From assembly GCA_964019335.1 (NCBI GenBank), contig OZ025660.1:186001-250000 (forward strand): a stretch of 64,000 bases of DNA. Reading direction: 5' to 3'. Positions within the stretch are counted from its first letter, which is position 1. Every line of letters begins with the position of its first letter. A model generated the notes under the pieces. The model saw only the letters and a list, made by a program, of their open reading frames with translations, had not been told where the DNA came from and did no database searches. Position numbers and translations under genes: made by a program. This document shows positions 45,817 through 57,622 of the stretch, in pieces. Origin of the DNA: Diplonema japonicum. Taxonomy: Eukaryota; Protista; Euglenozoa: Diplonemea.

Positions 45817-46243
45817 AAAAAAAACTCAAAGTACAGGACAAGCGTCTATCTGTTAATACTCCCCTTCTGGAGCATTGCTTTCATCCCGATTGAGGACGTG
45901 AGCGTCTTGTGGAGTCGTGTGATGTGGTCCCGCTTGTAGTCGGCTTTCAATTCCATCAGCCTGTCGTGCGTGGAGCGGGTGGCAAAAATAGTTCTCCTGG
46001 AGAAACCAATACCTCCTCCAGCGATGAGGGACTTCACTCTTTTTCTCTCGTCCGCTGGGAAGGGGCGTAGCTTCTTCCGTGCCCTGCATGCTGTGTTTAT
46101 CTTTACGATGAGGGCCTTGATTCTACGTGCCCTATCTTCCAGCCGGCCTCCCAAAGACTTTCCGGTCGTCCATTCGAAGTCAATGGCCAGCTCCACCGCC
46201 GACACCTCCGAGGTGGTGTCCTTCTCCACCCAGCGCAGTTGTG
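45817..46243 (-). mobile_element. Probable 5'-truncated non-LTR retrotransposon 3' fragment
   Basis: Open frame RWVEKD..VSAVELAIDFEWTTG..FPA..KSL..GFSRR begins abruptly after a T-run. It is reminiscent of protist LINE C-termini (unverified). The 19-nt tail after the stop is identical at 48197-48215. Confidence 0.45.
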
Positions 46244-47432
46244 ATATCCAAAAAAAAAAAAAAAAAAAAAAAAAAAACGAGAGAAAGGACTTTTCAGTGT
46301 GCTGGGGATTGCCCACTGTATTTGGGACACATCACATTATAGCCTCTTTCCAGGTACCCTTCAACAGTAAGCAGAGTCATTTAGACTCACTACCTTTGTT
46401 GATAGGGGTGCAGGCGAAGAGGGGAAACGTGACGATGAATAGGTGATGGAACTTCTTTTTTTTTTTTTTTTTTTTTAATAAGAATTTTAAACATATTACT
46501 CTACTATACCCCTTACTCCCCTACAACTTTCACGAAATTTTTGTGACAATAAATAAGGTCGATGACCCTCCCCCCTTTTTTTTCTTTTCGATAAAAAGAG
46601 GGTGGTTGGGAGAGTTGAATAGGAAGAAGGGGGGAGCGGTGTGAAGTAACTTGAACGGGGTGGAGGGGGGGGGGGGGGGGGTGGTGACCTTACAGCTTTG
46701 AAGTTGTTGTCACGGCCTTTGAGTTTTTTTCTTTTTTTTTGTTTCCCCTCTTTCTCTTGTTCTCTTTAGCCCTCTCCCCCCCCCTTTTTTTTATTTCACT
46801 ACCCAGAACCCAGCACAGCAAAGACAGGGAAACCAGCACCTGCAAAGAAGAGTCGGGTTCTTAGCATTTGTGCTCCGGTGCAAATCCTGAGATACGCACC
46901 AGCTTCTTTTTGTAAGAAAAATGAAGAAGAAAAGCGAGAGAAGATTGTTCCCCCCCCCCCCCCCCCTTCTTATCTTCTCTCCCCTTCCTCTTTTTTTGAA
47001 AAAGAAAAAGACGGGGGGGACTACTCATTCACGAGTAGTTGAGGAACATTTCTTAAAAAAAAAAAATCACTCACAATAATTGGGGGGTGGGGGGGGGGGG
47101 GGGGGGACGCATGTAACAACGACCCACCTAAATAGAGAGAACAAATTTCAGGGGAAAAAGAAAAGAAAAATCAAATAATACTTCATGTGCTCCTCACAAG
47201 GAAAACCTCACACCAATCATAATTATAAAAATAAAATAAAAAATAAAACAAAAAGAACAAACGAAAACTTAGAATTCTGATTGTTGTTAGAATAGGATAA
47301 AGCAATGTTTACCCTTCTATTAGCTGTCAATATATAGTTTTCTTGTTCAAAAAAAAAAAAAAAAAAGATACGATATATGTCTGTGCCCCTTAGAAGTAAC
47401 CTGTAGGGGACTTAATCACCGTCTTTCAACTT

Positions 47433-47498
47433 CCCTTCCTTGTTAAGGCAAGTCACAGAGTTCTTGCAAAAGAGGAACCGACCTAGAAAAAGACCTTT

Positions 47499-47537
<39 letters not shown>

Positions 47538-49518
47538 AGAAAGTTATTATTCTGACTATGTTGCATCGCATTGCCTTCTTTATTGTTTATTTCCTTTTTT
47601 TCTTTTTTAAATAGTAACTATCAAGAGGGGGGGGGGGGTAATATATATATATTTGCAGCGAGAAATGTACTTTTAGTTGCCGTTAGTCAGCACAGATAGA
47701 CGGGAAAATAATGGTCCTCGAGAAGTGATATCTTTCTTCCCCCCGTTGTTGATGATGGTTGTTATTTTTTGGGGGGGGTTTTTTTTTCTTCTTTGCGCTG
47801 AAAACTGAACCCTACACGCCAAAGCGCGCGCACAGAGCAGCAAACTCTCAGGAAGCAAATGTTAAAAAAAAAAAAAAATAAATAAATAAAAAAACTACTG
47901 CAAAGCGAAAAATTCCGGATGCCGAAGTGGCAGTGAAAAAAAGCCCGGATATTCTTCTCCACCGTATCTAGAATTTGGTGTGGTACCTGGCTGATCATTG
48001 ATGACTTTTGACTTTCGAACTCGTTCCTGAAGATAGTGCTCTTCCCCAACCCCTCAGCTGGAAAAAAAACAAAACAAAAAAAAAAAAAAGAAGAAAATAA
48101 TGCCAGTCAGGATATATTTCTTTTTTTCTTCGTTTTGCAGTAGTTGTAGCATTAGCGCACAAAAAGCGAGTAAAAAATGAGAAGGAAAAAAAAAAACTCA
48201 AAGTACAGGACAAGCCCCCCGCTAGAGGGCCGCCCAAAAAAAGAATAAACAAAAAAAATAAAGGAGGCCGGTGTTGGCGGCGCCCTGCACAAGAACTGTC
48301 TACTTGATTACAGGGGGCGCGCCGCGGCCGAGTTGTAGCTTCTTCTGCGTTCCGCGTCGTGTCCTTAATGCGTGCGGTGTACAGCTCAACCCCAGCCGGT
48401 GCGTCCCGGGTAACCAAGATTCTGCGCTCGTGCAGTTTGCTGCCTGTTCGTCACCCTGAGCACCTGCATTATGTTCTTCCACTCGGGCGGTACCGGTGAT
48501 GACCGACGAGGAGGTCAACAGCGAACAACACATCTGATGTTTTTCTTATATTTTCATGTTATCCCCACCACCTATATAAAAAAACTTCAGCGCGGTAGTA
48601 AGTAGGAATAGTAAATCCTTTTTGTTTGTATGTGGTACAGACCCCTTTGTTCAGACAAGTCAAAGACTCTTTCTTGCAGGGGGTGGGGGTGAGCTTAGCG
48701 TGGTTGAACCTTATGTAACTCAATGTAAGTACAGAATGGCCCGAAAGCCCTGCTGACCCCTTTGGCGGGTTGAACGGTTTTTCCTCTTTCTTTCTATTCT
48801 TCTTTTCTTTATTTTTTTTTTTTTTTTTTTTTGAAATTTCCTTTTTTTTTGTGCGCGTGGCGGGGTGCAACAACACGAGCTACGCGACTAATTAAACAAA
48901 AAAAAAAAAAAAAAAGATGGGGATTTGGCAGTCTGATAAAGATTCCATTCTGTTGCCTCCCCGATGTGCACGAGCGGTATTTTTACCTGATAAAAAATAA
49001 CTCCTTACGCTTTGCTATGCAAATTACTTTGGTCAAAAACAAACAAAAAAAAAATTTACCACATGCAACGCCATGGTAATTATAGTTATTGTAAGTACCT
49101 TGATCCCATTTCTTTTTTTTTCCTTCTTTATTTCTTTCACCCCCCGGTTTGTTCACTCCCCTTTATTTCTCCATCAGCTCATGTGTGCTTAAACAACATT
49201 TAAAGTAAGGGCCGTGTTAGGGCCACCGACGGCACCACATGAGCTTTTACTATTGATCACCATATCACACCGAGGTGGCCATAAAAAGAAGAATGGAAAA
49301 AAAAACTTAGCAACGGTAACAACGCTCCTCCCTTTATATTTGTTTCATTCTCCTTCTGGTTTATCTTTCTTTTTACGTTGGGCCGTGCAAAACAAAAAAA
49401 AAAAAAGGAACTGGCCGTTGTTTGTACGTGCCGGGTAAAACCTGGAGAAGTTTGTCAACCCAAAACACGTTGCCAACGTTCCCCTTTTGTTTAGACAAGT
49501 CAAAGACTCGTTCTTGCA
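47433..49518 (-). repeat. Family-2 short dispersed repeats (47433-47468, 48622-48678, 49410-49518; terminal piece also at 58095-58122)
   Basis: Shared CCCTTTTGTT.AGACAAGTCAAAGACTC.TTCTTGCA block; ACTGGCCGTTG.TTGTACGTGCCGGGTA matches at 27/28 between 49410 and 58095. Confidence 0.8.
48261..48540 (-). mobile_element. Family-1 repeat, longer copy
   Basis: 48261-48471 is nearly identical to 5661-5871, with ~70 further GC-rich nt. Confidence 0.8.
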
Positions 49519-49611
49519 CAAAAAAAAAAAAAAAAAAAAAAAAAAAACACAGCGAAAGAGGCAATAAAAAAAACAAAACAAAAATCGTTTTCTTCCTCCC
49601 CCCCTTGCACC

Positions 49612-49664
49612 TCATTCAATAGGAGGGAGCCTTGTGATTCTCGTCTGCTCGAAGGCGACATACT

Positions 49665-49695
<31 letters not shown>

Positions 49696-51904
49696 CTTTT
49701 TTTCTTTTTTCTTTTCCCCCCTTTCTTTTCCCACATACATCTGAAGGTATTTGAGTAGCAGGCATGACATGAGGGGAGCAAGGCAACATATGAGAGGTCT
49801 GTGATTTCAGCGAAGCAACGAAGCACACAAAGGAGTCGTCCGACAATGAGGGCATCACGGTACGGACAAAGCGTTCCCTGTTCTCGTCTGAGTAGGTTAA
49901 GACCTCACTGATGCTCGTCTTGTGATGCTTGATCCTTGCGAGGAACACCTCCATGAGCTCTTCATGATTCACTACCTCAGACCCCGCTGAGGAATGGCTA
50001 TCTACAGACCTGTGCTGTGGCACCAGCCGGTTCTTCCTCGATGTGAGAGGGTTCACTGCCTCTGATCTTTCACTCTCTTCGATGAGGTTGTGTATGGACG
50101 GCCTGTGCTCTTGTTGCTCTCTTGGAAGATGATTTGCGCTTGTGACTTTTACTTCCCACTCGGGCTCCTTCCGTCCCAGGATGCGCCGTGACCGCTCGTC
50201 AGGCGGAAGAGGGTCGCCTCGCGTGCTTGTCTTCCTGCAGAATGAGTTGCTTCTGAACAAAGCACTGAAACCGCCTGTTCCTGAGATGTCTTCCTCGATC
50301 TGAAACAGTGCTTCATCGAAGTCATGAGTTGCGGTGACAGGATTCAGGTTGATCTCGTTGCGGGATCTGAATTGCACGCTCTCTGTGCAGAGAAGTGATG
50401 TGCTGACCTGTGCGTTCATCGCCGTCACCTTTATGGCCTTCGTCACACCGTTGCCGAACGCCGTGTACACCAACCTCGAAGGGATCCCCACGTTCCCAAA
50501 GTACACCGGACCGAAGGCCAGCCCTACATTGATGGTCCCTTGTGTGGACCCCATCGTCCCGTACTTCTTGAGAAATGTGCCGAGACGTGTCCGGATGGAG
50601 AGCGCACACCTGCAAGCACTAGGCGCGCGGATAAAGGTTGCCAGCACCGTCCCAGCGTCGAAGCTATGTATGATGCCCGATTGCGAACTGACACAGTCGA
50701 AGACCTTGTCAAGGTACCCCATGCTGACAGTGCCCACCAGGTCGTCTGGCAGGTCCTCCACAACGTTGTCCAGTTTGATAAAGGCCGCCGTCACCATTTT
50801 CTTGAGATGGCTCCTGCTTCCTACCATGAATGGGATGCCTTCAATGGCCAGTGACGATCCGCGCCTGATGCCCTTAGTGATGGACGATGCACGGTCCCGC
50901 TCCAGCTGTTCAAGAGAGCTCCACACAGCAGAACTCTGCTGCCCAGACTCGGTACACAGGGACACGCGGTTCTCCGGCTCCGCGGTGGAGTTCCTTTGTA
51001 TGCTTTGCGAATGAATGGTCCGAAGGGATGCCTGTCCTGTGGTAGCCTCGGGGCCTGTGAAGAGAGCTTCGGATATGTAAGGCCGATACTGGGAGAGGAG
51101 AAGGCGTAGTTCCTCCATGCTGAAGAAGATGCGTGTGTCTTTGGAGAACTCGGATGCCTCGGTGATCTCCAGTATGTTGAATCGTGACACAGCCTTGCTG
51201 AGCATCTCGAGGCTGGTGACCATCACCTCTGTCTCCTCGTGCTGTGTTTTGAGGGACGCTGCCAAATGCCGCTGGCTGGCATACTGCACCACCACCGTGA
51301 GGCACCTGATGGGCAAGGCATGGAGGAGAAACGAGGTCCCCTTCCCTACCTCCTCATCTCGATCCTCTCCCATGCTGTAGATACCTATGTCGTAGGCCTC
51401 TTCAACAGTCTTGACGATCACCCACAAGCACACGATGAAGGTGATAATGAAGCCGATCCTATCGGACAGTCCGCAGCACATGCCCAGAAGCACCAAGGTA
51501 AGCAGCCATTCGTCATTACGGCCACTGCTGTGAAGATCAAGCAGAATGATGACCAGCACGAGTCCGACAAGCTGTCCCCCATACAGCCACATGGGGCACC
51601 CCTTCAGGAGGGAGAACACCAAAGGAAATATACACAACAGCACAACCACTGCTGAAAACATCGCTAATTTAAAATAGTCCGCAGTCACACCTGCCTCTGC
51701 CAGATACGCCAGCCCCGCCATGCACGCCACTACCGAAAGTGGTACCACCCTGTTTCTTCTGTCCAACTCCTCTGGGCTGTTGTTGTCGTTCACAAGACCT
51801 CTCCATGCGCGTGCCACGACCCCCAGCTCTTCCCGCGAAGCTGAATCCTTAGCATCTGCTCCTGTCCCACAGTGCGAGGTGACATCCACTACGACCGCCG
51901 TCAT
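49612..51904 (-). CDS. Multi-pass membrane class III nucleotide-cyclase-like protein; intron 49663-49738
   Basis: Six to seven hydrophobic segments, then GIIHSF..ACRCAL..VGLAFGPVYFGNVG..YTAFGNGV. A 76-nt GTATGT..AACAG intron gives last exon YVAFEQTRITRLPPIE*. Confidence 0.8.
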
Positions 51905-52098
51905 GCAGCCTGTGAGGGGTAGTGTGCTACAAGGGTGCGCTGAATGACACTTCTAAAGCAAAAAAAAAAAAAAAGAGAAAGGCAAAACTAGGTAGAAAGT
52001 AAAGAAAAACAGTTTTGGGGAACAAAAAAAAAAAGCTAAAGTTAAAGTTAAAAAAGAAGGGGGTGGGGTGGGAAGGGAAATGAACGTTCGGACCATCG

Positions 52099-53436
52099 TC
52101 AGTGCAGAGCAACTCTAGCTGCCAGCCGCTCGACGAATATATGCTGCACCTCCCACTCCTTCTCCAACAAGGTGTGGAACTCTTCGAAGGAAGAAGAGTT
52201 ATCAACACTCGTAACCTGCGACGCTACCGTGGTGTAAAGCCCACGGAGGACATCAGCGGAGGCCGCCTTCTTAGAGAGGAGAAGGAAGGTGCCGCGCGCG
52301 CAGAAGTGAGCAGTCCGCAGTTCATGGATAACATTGTCAACGTCCTCCTTAGTGGTCCGGAGGAATTCTTCGATGGTGGGCCCCATGTTGGTGATCGGCT
52401 GGTACCCGTTAATGACGTGCGAACCAGCAGGGCCCACAAAGACCTCCCTTTGTGCAACCTGAACAGGGTCTAACATCTTCCCGCTGGTGAGGTATTCCTT
52501 AGCAAGCATTTCAAACCTTTGCAAGTTCAGTGTTTGAAGTGGTACCCATTTAATAGCCATTGCAAGGCTCATCAAGTGCACGGCAGCGCACATTGTGAGT
52601 GCGACAAGCAACAGCTCCGAGCTGCTTCCTAAAAACGCCGATACAAAGGCACCCACTGCACACCCTGTTGAGGACGCCACTGTGGTCTGGCTCCCTGCCT
52701 TAGCAGTGATATCGGCCAGGTTGCCGTGGTTTGCAAAGGCCATATGTATGGAGGCCCTTGTTGCGGAGGCGGCTAAGAATGATATATTCTTTCCGGTGTT
52801 TGCAACCGCAGCCAATGGAAGAAAAAGCGCAGGGAAAAATGGAATGAGGCCCTCTAGGAACGACGAGGCGTCTAGAAGAATGCCGGCAACAAGGCGCCAT
52901 CTCTTAGGGTCGGCATCAAAGTTTTTGTTGACAAGGCTTGCGAAGAGGACACCACCGACTTGCCCGATTCCATCCTTAAGAACCCATGACAGGGCAGCCG
53001 CAACAGGTATGGCACCAGCACCAAGTCCTGCACCATACAGCATAGACTGAGAGGAGAACACCATCACCATGCTGCCTGCAGTGGCGGCGAGAGTGTACCA
53101 CGCGACGTACCTGAAATAGTTTTTATGAACGCTACCGTGTTGGTACCCCTTTGGAAGGAGGTGTTGCATTGCAAGGTCCAGGCGTCTGACAATGCCACTG
53201 GGCAGTTTCTCCAGCCAGGGGAAAACTTCAACAGTGGCACGCACTGTGCTGGTGTCCCTTTGAGCAGAAATCTCAGCGTGCCCCACACCTCCTTTTTTCA
53301 CGCTGTACACAAGGTCCCATGTTGTCCACCAACCTTGTGTCTCTTGGCGTAATACGTTTTGTTTGTTCTTATGGCGGTGTAAGTTGTGACTGCACCACCT
53401 CCTCCCCGTTCGTTGTGTTATGGAAACGAAAGACAT
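52099..53436 (-). CDS. RUS1 / DUF647 (root UVB sensitive) family protein
   Basis: LPKGY..SVHKNYFRY, WVLKDGIGQVG, FDADPKRWRL, TRASIH..FA..NLADITAK..SQ, TLNLQR. Confidence 0.9.
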   Translation of the reverse strand: MSFVSITQRTGRRWCSHNLHRHKNKQNVLRQETQGWWTTWDLVYSVKKGGVGHAEISAQRDTSTVRATVEVFPWLEKLPSGIVRRLDLAMQHLLPKGYQHGSVHKNYFRYVAWYTLAATAGSMVMVFSSQSMLYGAGLGAGAIPVAAALSWVLKDGIGQVGGVLFASLVNKNFDADPKRWRLVAGILLDASSFLEGLIPFFPALFLPLAAVANTGKNISFLAASATRASIHMAFANHGNLADITAKAGSQTTVASSTGCAVGAFVSAFLGSSSELLLVALTMCAAVHLMSLAMAIKWVPLQTLNLQRFEMLAKEYLTSGKMLDPVQVAQREVFVGPAGSHVINGYQPITNMGPTIEEFLRTTKEDVDNVIHELRTAHFCARGTFLLLSKKAASADVLRGLYTTVASQVTSVDNSSSFEEFHTLLEKEWEVQHIFVERLAARVALH

Positions 53437-54027
53437 TGTATTTGGTTTCCCTTTTTCTTTTCTGTAGCATCAGCCTGTGTTTCTTTTGAGGGGGGGGGGT
53501 TAGTTTGTCAGGAAGAAAATTAAAAAATTATGGTTTTGGTTTTTTTTCTTTTTTTTTCTTCTTTTTTTTTCCTTCTTTCTTTTTAGCTTTTCTAACAGGG
53601 GAACAAAAAAAAAAAAAAAAAGAATAATGAAAACTTGACAAAACAGGTACCTCAAAGAACGAAGTTTCAATAAAACTCGCCCCACCCCCCAGTTCTATTA
53701 AATTCTATCTATTAGGCACCCGACTCGCATATCCTTCCTTTTTTCTTTTTTTCTTTTTGTTTCTTTTTTTCTTCTTCTGAATAATGAGATTACTGTTAAA
53801 GTGAATGTCGGACTGACAAATTCCCGGACGCCCAAAAAGCTCCTCAAGAATCCCCCGGACAGAAAACTGGTCCGGAAGCCGGAAAAAAAATAGGACGTCA
53901 AGCCCGGCACTTTCTTTCTTCAATTTACAGTAATCTCTCTAGTACGTGTGGTCATGTGCCAGCAGGAACTTATCTAAACGTAAATATAAAAAAAAAAAAA
54001 AAAAAGGGATCTTTTTTCAAAAAGAAT

Positions 54028-55689
54028 TTAAAAAGTTTCGAGGTCTCTGAGGATCTTTCTGCCTTCTTCAGAGACTTGACCGCCGGAGTTTTGCAGGGCC
54101 GATAAGAGAACATTCTTTGCTTCGTGGAAACGTTGGTGACACTCCCGTGCGCGAGCGAGGCGGGCCTCACCCGTTAAGTCTACGCCGCCTGTGAGAGGTG
54201 CGCTGGTGACACGCTGTATCTGTGCGCAGAACTTGTTGAAGAGCAAACGCAGGGCACGAATAGCCACAATGGACGATGTGTCAACACCCTTGCGCAGGAT
54301 GGTCGTGATCAGTTGTAGGAGCACACTGCACTGCTCCATCGTCAGCAGATCCTTCACCTTGTGCTGCGTCACAACTATCGTTAACAAGTCCAACGCCACT
54401 CCAAAGTCTGTCTGTGCCATCTTCTCCGCGTGCTTGATGGCGCCTGTCCTGTCACCACTTGCCCACATCCCTCTCACCACTTTCATTGCATCGACCCTCA
54501 CGCGCAGCAGCCGCTCCATCTTCTCTCCCGTCGCGTGAAGCTCCGTCGCAATCTGCACCTCCGACCTCTCATCCTTCACCCCACGCCATCTTGACAGGTC
54601 TAGATCCAGGGGTGTCCGTGGTTCCATGGGGATCAGCCCTGTCTTGTACTGCGGGTTCCTCACCAGCTCCGACCGGCTGCTTGAGCTAGATGTTTTTATC
54701 TTCACCGGAGCCACGGGAAAAGGGAGAGCGAGCTGCTGCGGCTGGTGTGTATGAACCCCTGCCTTCTGCTTGTGAAGTTTGTTGGTGGAAACTGCCCACA
54801 GCGTGAGGTGTGAGTCGCGAGCGGACGCCTGCAGCACGTCGCCGGTTGCCTCGACGTAGCTGGAAGCGAGGATGGTGCCGTTCCACGAGAAGTCGAAGGA
54901 GCTGAGAAGAGTGTTGGAAGTAGAATGGACGCGGAGACCCTCGGCGCTTGAGGTTATCATGTAGTCCTTCTGGTTCTCACCGGGGACAAGGTCAACGGAC
55001 CAAACAGGGCGGGGAGGGGACATCCTGACGATGCTGTTGCACCTGGGCGAGTTAACGTCGAAGAGCTCCACGGTGCCTGACGTGGTGGCGGCGGCGAGGA
55101 GGAGTTCCAACGGGTGCGTCTTGATGGCCGTGATTTCGGATTCGCAACGGAAATCGCCAACAGAACCCCACGTCCTCACATCTATGAAGGAGAGCTTGCC
55201 AGTCTCGTCGCCGGAGATGACCCACTTCTCGTCTGGGGAGATTCCCAGGGATTTAATGGACGAGGAGCCTTTGAGGGTGTGGAGGGGTTGCGTGCGTCGG
55301 GTGTCCCATAGCTTCACATTTGTGTCTGCAGATCCTGACGCAAAGAGGTTGTTCTCAAGAGGATAACATGCTATGGAGGAGACGACTGTCCTGTGGGCGT
55401 TGGGAAAGCTGTCGCAGACCCTCTCAGCAGCTATGTCATACAGCTTCATCGACCCCGAAGCACTGCCAACCATCACCCTTGCCTCTCCACCGTCAAAGGA
55501 GCAGCACTCAACTCTTGACTGGAACATCTGCGCGCTCCCTCCACCGTTCCCCGCTACCCTCTTCATCTGGAACACCCCACCCTCCGTCCCGATCCCTAAC
55601 AGAGTGCCGCTTGTCGCCAAAGCGCAACTCACGACCACCCCATCCGTGTCCCATGTCACCTTCTGGCTTACGAGATCGCCTATCTGCAT
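54028..55689 (-). CDS. KATNB1: Katanin p80 WD40 subunit
   Basis: WD40 repeats (ASGSADTNVKLWD, SPDEKWVISG, THPLELLLA) plus C-terminal con80 motif GVDLTGEARLARAREC. Confidence 0.88.
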   Translation of the reverse strand: MQIGDLVSQKVTWDTDGVVVSCALATSGTLLGIGTEGGVFQMKRVAGNGGGSAQMFQSRVECCSFDGGEARVMVGSASGSMKLYDIAAERVCDSFPNAHRTVVSSIACYPLENNLFASGSADTNVKLWDTRRTQPLHTLKGSSSIKSLGISPDEKWVISGDETGKLSFIDVRTWGSVGDFRCESEITAIKTHPLELLLAAATTSGTVELFDVNSPRCNSIVRMSPPRPVWSVDLVPGENQKDYMITSSAEGLRVHSTSNTLLSSFDFSWNGTILASSYVEATGDVLQASARDSHLTLWAVSTNKLHKQKAGVHTHQPQQLALPFPVAPVKIKTSSSSSRSELVRNPQYKTGLIPMEPRTPLDLDLSRWRGVKDERSEVQIATELHATGEKMERLLRVRVDAMKVVRGMWASGDRTGAIKHAEKMAQTDFGVALDLLTIVVTQHKVKDLLTMEQCSVLLQLITTILRKGVDTSSIVAIRALRLLFNKFCAQIQRVTSAPLTGGVDLTGEARLARARECHQRFHEAKNVLLSALQNSGGQVSEEGRKILRDLETF

Positions 55690-56134
55690 TTTCCCCTATG
55701 AGGCGGTGTGAATAAGGGGGGCAAGGAAAAGGGTATTATTGTGTGGGGAGGGATGTGAAAATAAAAAAAAATAAAAAAACGAGAATGAAGAAAAAGAAAA
55801 GGAGGGAGTAAAAAAAAAAAAATAATGGAAGGAGGGGGGGAGAAGAAGAAAAATAAAGAAAGCTGGAGTGAAGGCTTCATAAAAAAAAAAATAAAAAAAA
55901 AAGAAAAGCAGAACACGGAATAGGGGAAAGGGTTGGGCCCCACCTCAGCAGCACAACACAACGGGGTGCACCGAAGGACCGCTTTTGACTCACATGTGAC
56001 ACATAGGTCACAGCTCGTCGATGAGGGGCCTGTGCAACTGCCCGTGCCGAAGAGGACGTGGGAGGAGGGGTGGGCTGACGCCACGCTGGAGTGCAAGTTT
56101 TTGTACACAAATGCACCAATTTCTCTCTTTTTTC

Positions 56135-56165
<31 letters not shown>

Positions 56166-56350
56166 CCGGACAAAAGGAAAATTCGTATTTACCATTTCTT
56201 ATTAAACTCAAGATAAATATTTCTCTCAGTCCGCTCCTCTGCCTTTAATAAATGTAAAAAAAAAAAAGTGGGGAGGAGGGGGAAAGGAGAAGGAGAAGGA
56301 CACTTTTTTTTCCCCCTCTCCATTTTTTTTCGATTCAAAAAAAAAAATTC

Positions 56351-57622
56351 TTACAGCTCGGCTTTCTTCTCGGTGAAGACTTCGAGGGCACGCGCCCAGA
56401 CAGTTTCACTGTCCTTATCCATGTCGAGAAGCATAGGGAGGAGCCCCGAGCTGAACTCCGAGGAAGCTTCACAAGGTACAAGCGAAGGAAGATGGTCGAT
56501 GGCGATGACGTCGAAAGGAAGTGAAAGAGCAGTGGGAGTGGTGAAGGATGTGGAGCTGAACGAGAAGACAGCACCATCGGGCATAGTGACGTCAGTACCT
56601 GTCACCTTACCCTTGTCGCCCTTCTTGGCGGTCTTACCGAAGCCCTCCACACCAACATTCTTGGAGCACACTACCTCAGTACCTTCAGCGGGCACACCGA
56701 AATTCTTCACCCTGTTGACAGGAAGTGAGAATGTGGTGCATTCGCTGTACACAGGAACAGGGTTTGCAGGGTTGTTGGGATCACATGAGACGTCAACCAT
56801 AACTGACAATTTCCTTGTCTTCTCGAGCATCTCAGAGGTGATGAACGGGGGGCTTTTCGTGGATGGGTCCAGGTATATGCAGTTCACGAAAATATCATGC
56901 TCCATGATCTCTGGGAAGGGGCCGCCCTTCGAGGTCTCCTTCATGTCCCACCTTGTGATGTTCTCCTCGGGGATACCAGCCTTGAGGGCCATGTCGGTGG
57001 CGCCACTGCCGCAGCGGCCAAGAGCACCGATAATGATGATCTTTGGTGCCCGTCCTGCTGACTTGATGGCGTTTGCTGCGTGTCGCACAAAGCTCTCCTG
57101 AGTGGGGTAGAACACATCCTTGGGGAATGTGTTGCATGTCATTTTGGTAACGTTGAGCTGTTGGTGCGCCCATGCGAAGATCCCAACACCCATTCCGTTG
57201 AAACCTGCCGACCTACCGAAGGCAACCTTCCTCCTCCCTGTAGTGTCCTTCAGGAATTCCAAATCGTAGAGGGATCCTTTACCATCGACAAACCTCTGCA
57301 TGATGTCCTTCCAACCATCTTGGTTCTTGAAGCAGTGTGCAAACATAATGTGCTTGTGGGGAAGGGGTGCCTTGCTTTCAGGAAGCTCCTTCAGACCAAG
57401 GATCACCTTCTCTGATGGAACCTTGCCCTCCTCAGCCCACATGCCTGCCTTCACAATCTTACACCCAACCTTCTCATACTCTTCATCCGGGTAACATCTA
57501 TCAGGGAACCTTTCGACCACCACACTGTGCCCTGCTTCAATAAGCTCCTTTGCGGCTTCAGGGGTAATCGCTGTGCGCCTCTCGTTGGGCTTGGTCTCTC
57601 CTCTCATGTGGAACTGCACCAT
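56351..57622 (-). CDS. LYS1: Saccharopine dehydrogenase (NAD+, L-lysine-forming)
   Basis: RGETKPNERR, GLKELP, FAHCFKNQ, YDLEFL, AFGRSAGF, GALGRCGSGA, GGPF, DVSCD, IDHLPSL. The true start MVQF is at 57622. Confidence 0.95.
   Translation of the reverse strand: MVQFHMRGETKPNERRTAITPEAAKELIEAGHSVVVERFPDRCYPDEEYEKVGCKIVKAGMWAEEGKVPSEKVILGLKELPESKAPLPHKHIMFAHCFKNQDGWKDIMQRFVDGKGSLYDLEFLKDTTGRRKVAFGRSAGFNGMGVGIFAWAHQQLNVTKMTCNTFPKDVFYPTQESFVRHAANAIKSAGRAPKIIIIGALGRCGSGATDMALKAGIPEENITRWDMKETSKGGPFPEIMEHDIFVNCIYLDPSTKSPPFITSEMLEKTRKLSVMVDVSCDPNNPANPVPVYSECTTFSLPVNRVKNFGVPAEGTEVVCSKNVGVEGFGKTAKKGDKGKVTGTDVTMPDGAVFSFSSTSFTTPTALSLPFDVIAIDHLPSLVPCEASSEFSSGLLPMLLDMDKDSETVWARALEVFTEKKAEL

Noticed and set aside
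48496-48537. GTGATGA..CTGA, resembling box C/D snoRNA motifs
   Set aside because: Only ~42 nt, antisense to the transcription unit, and inside a repeat.
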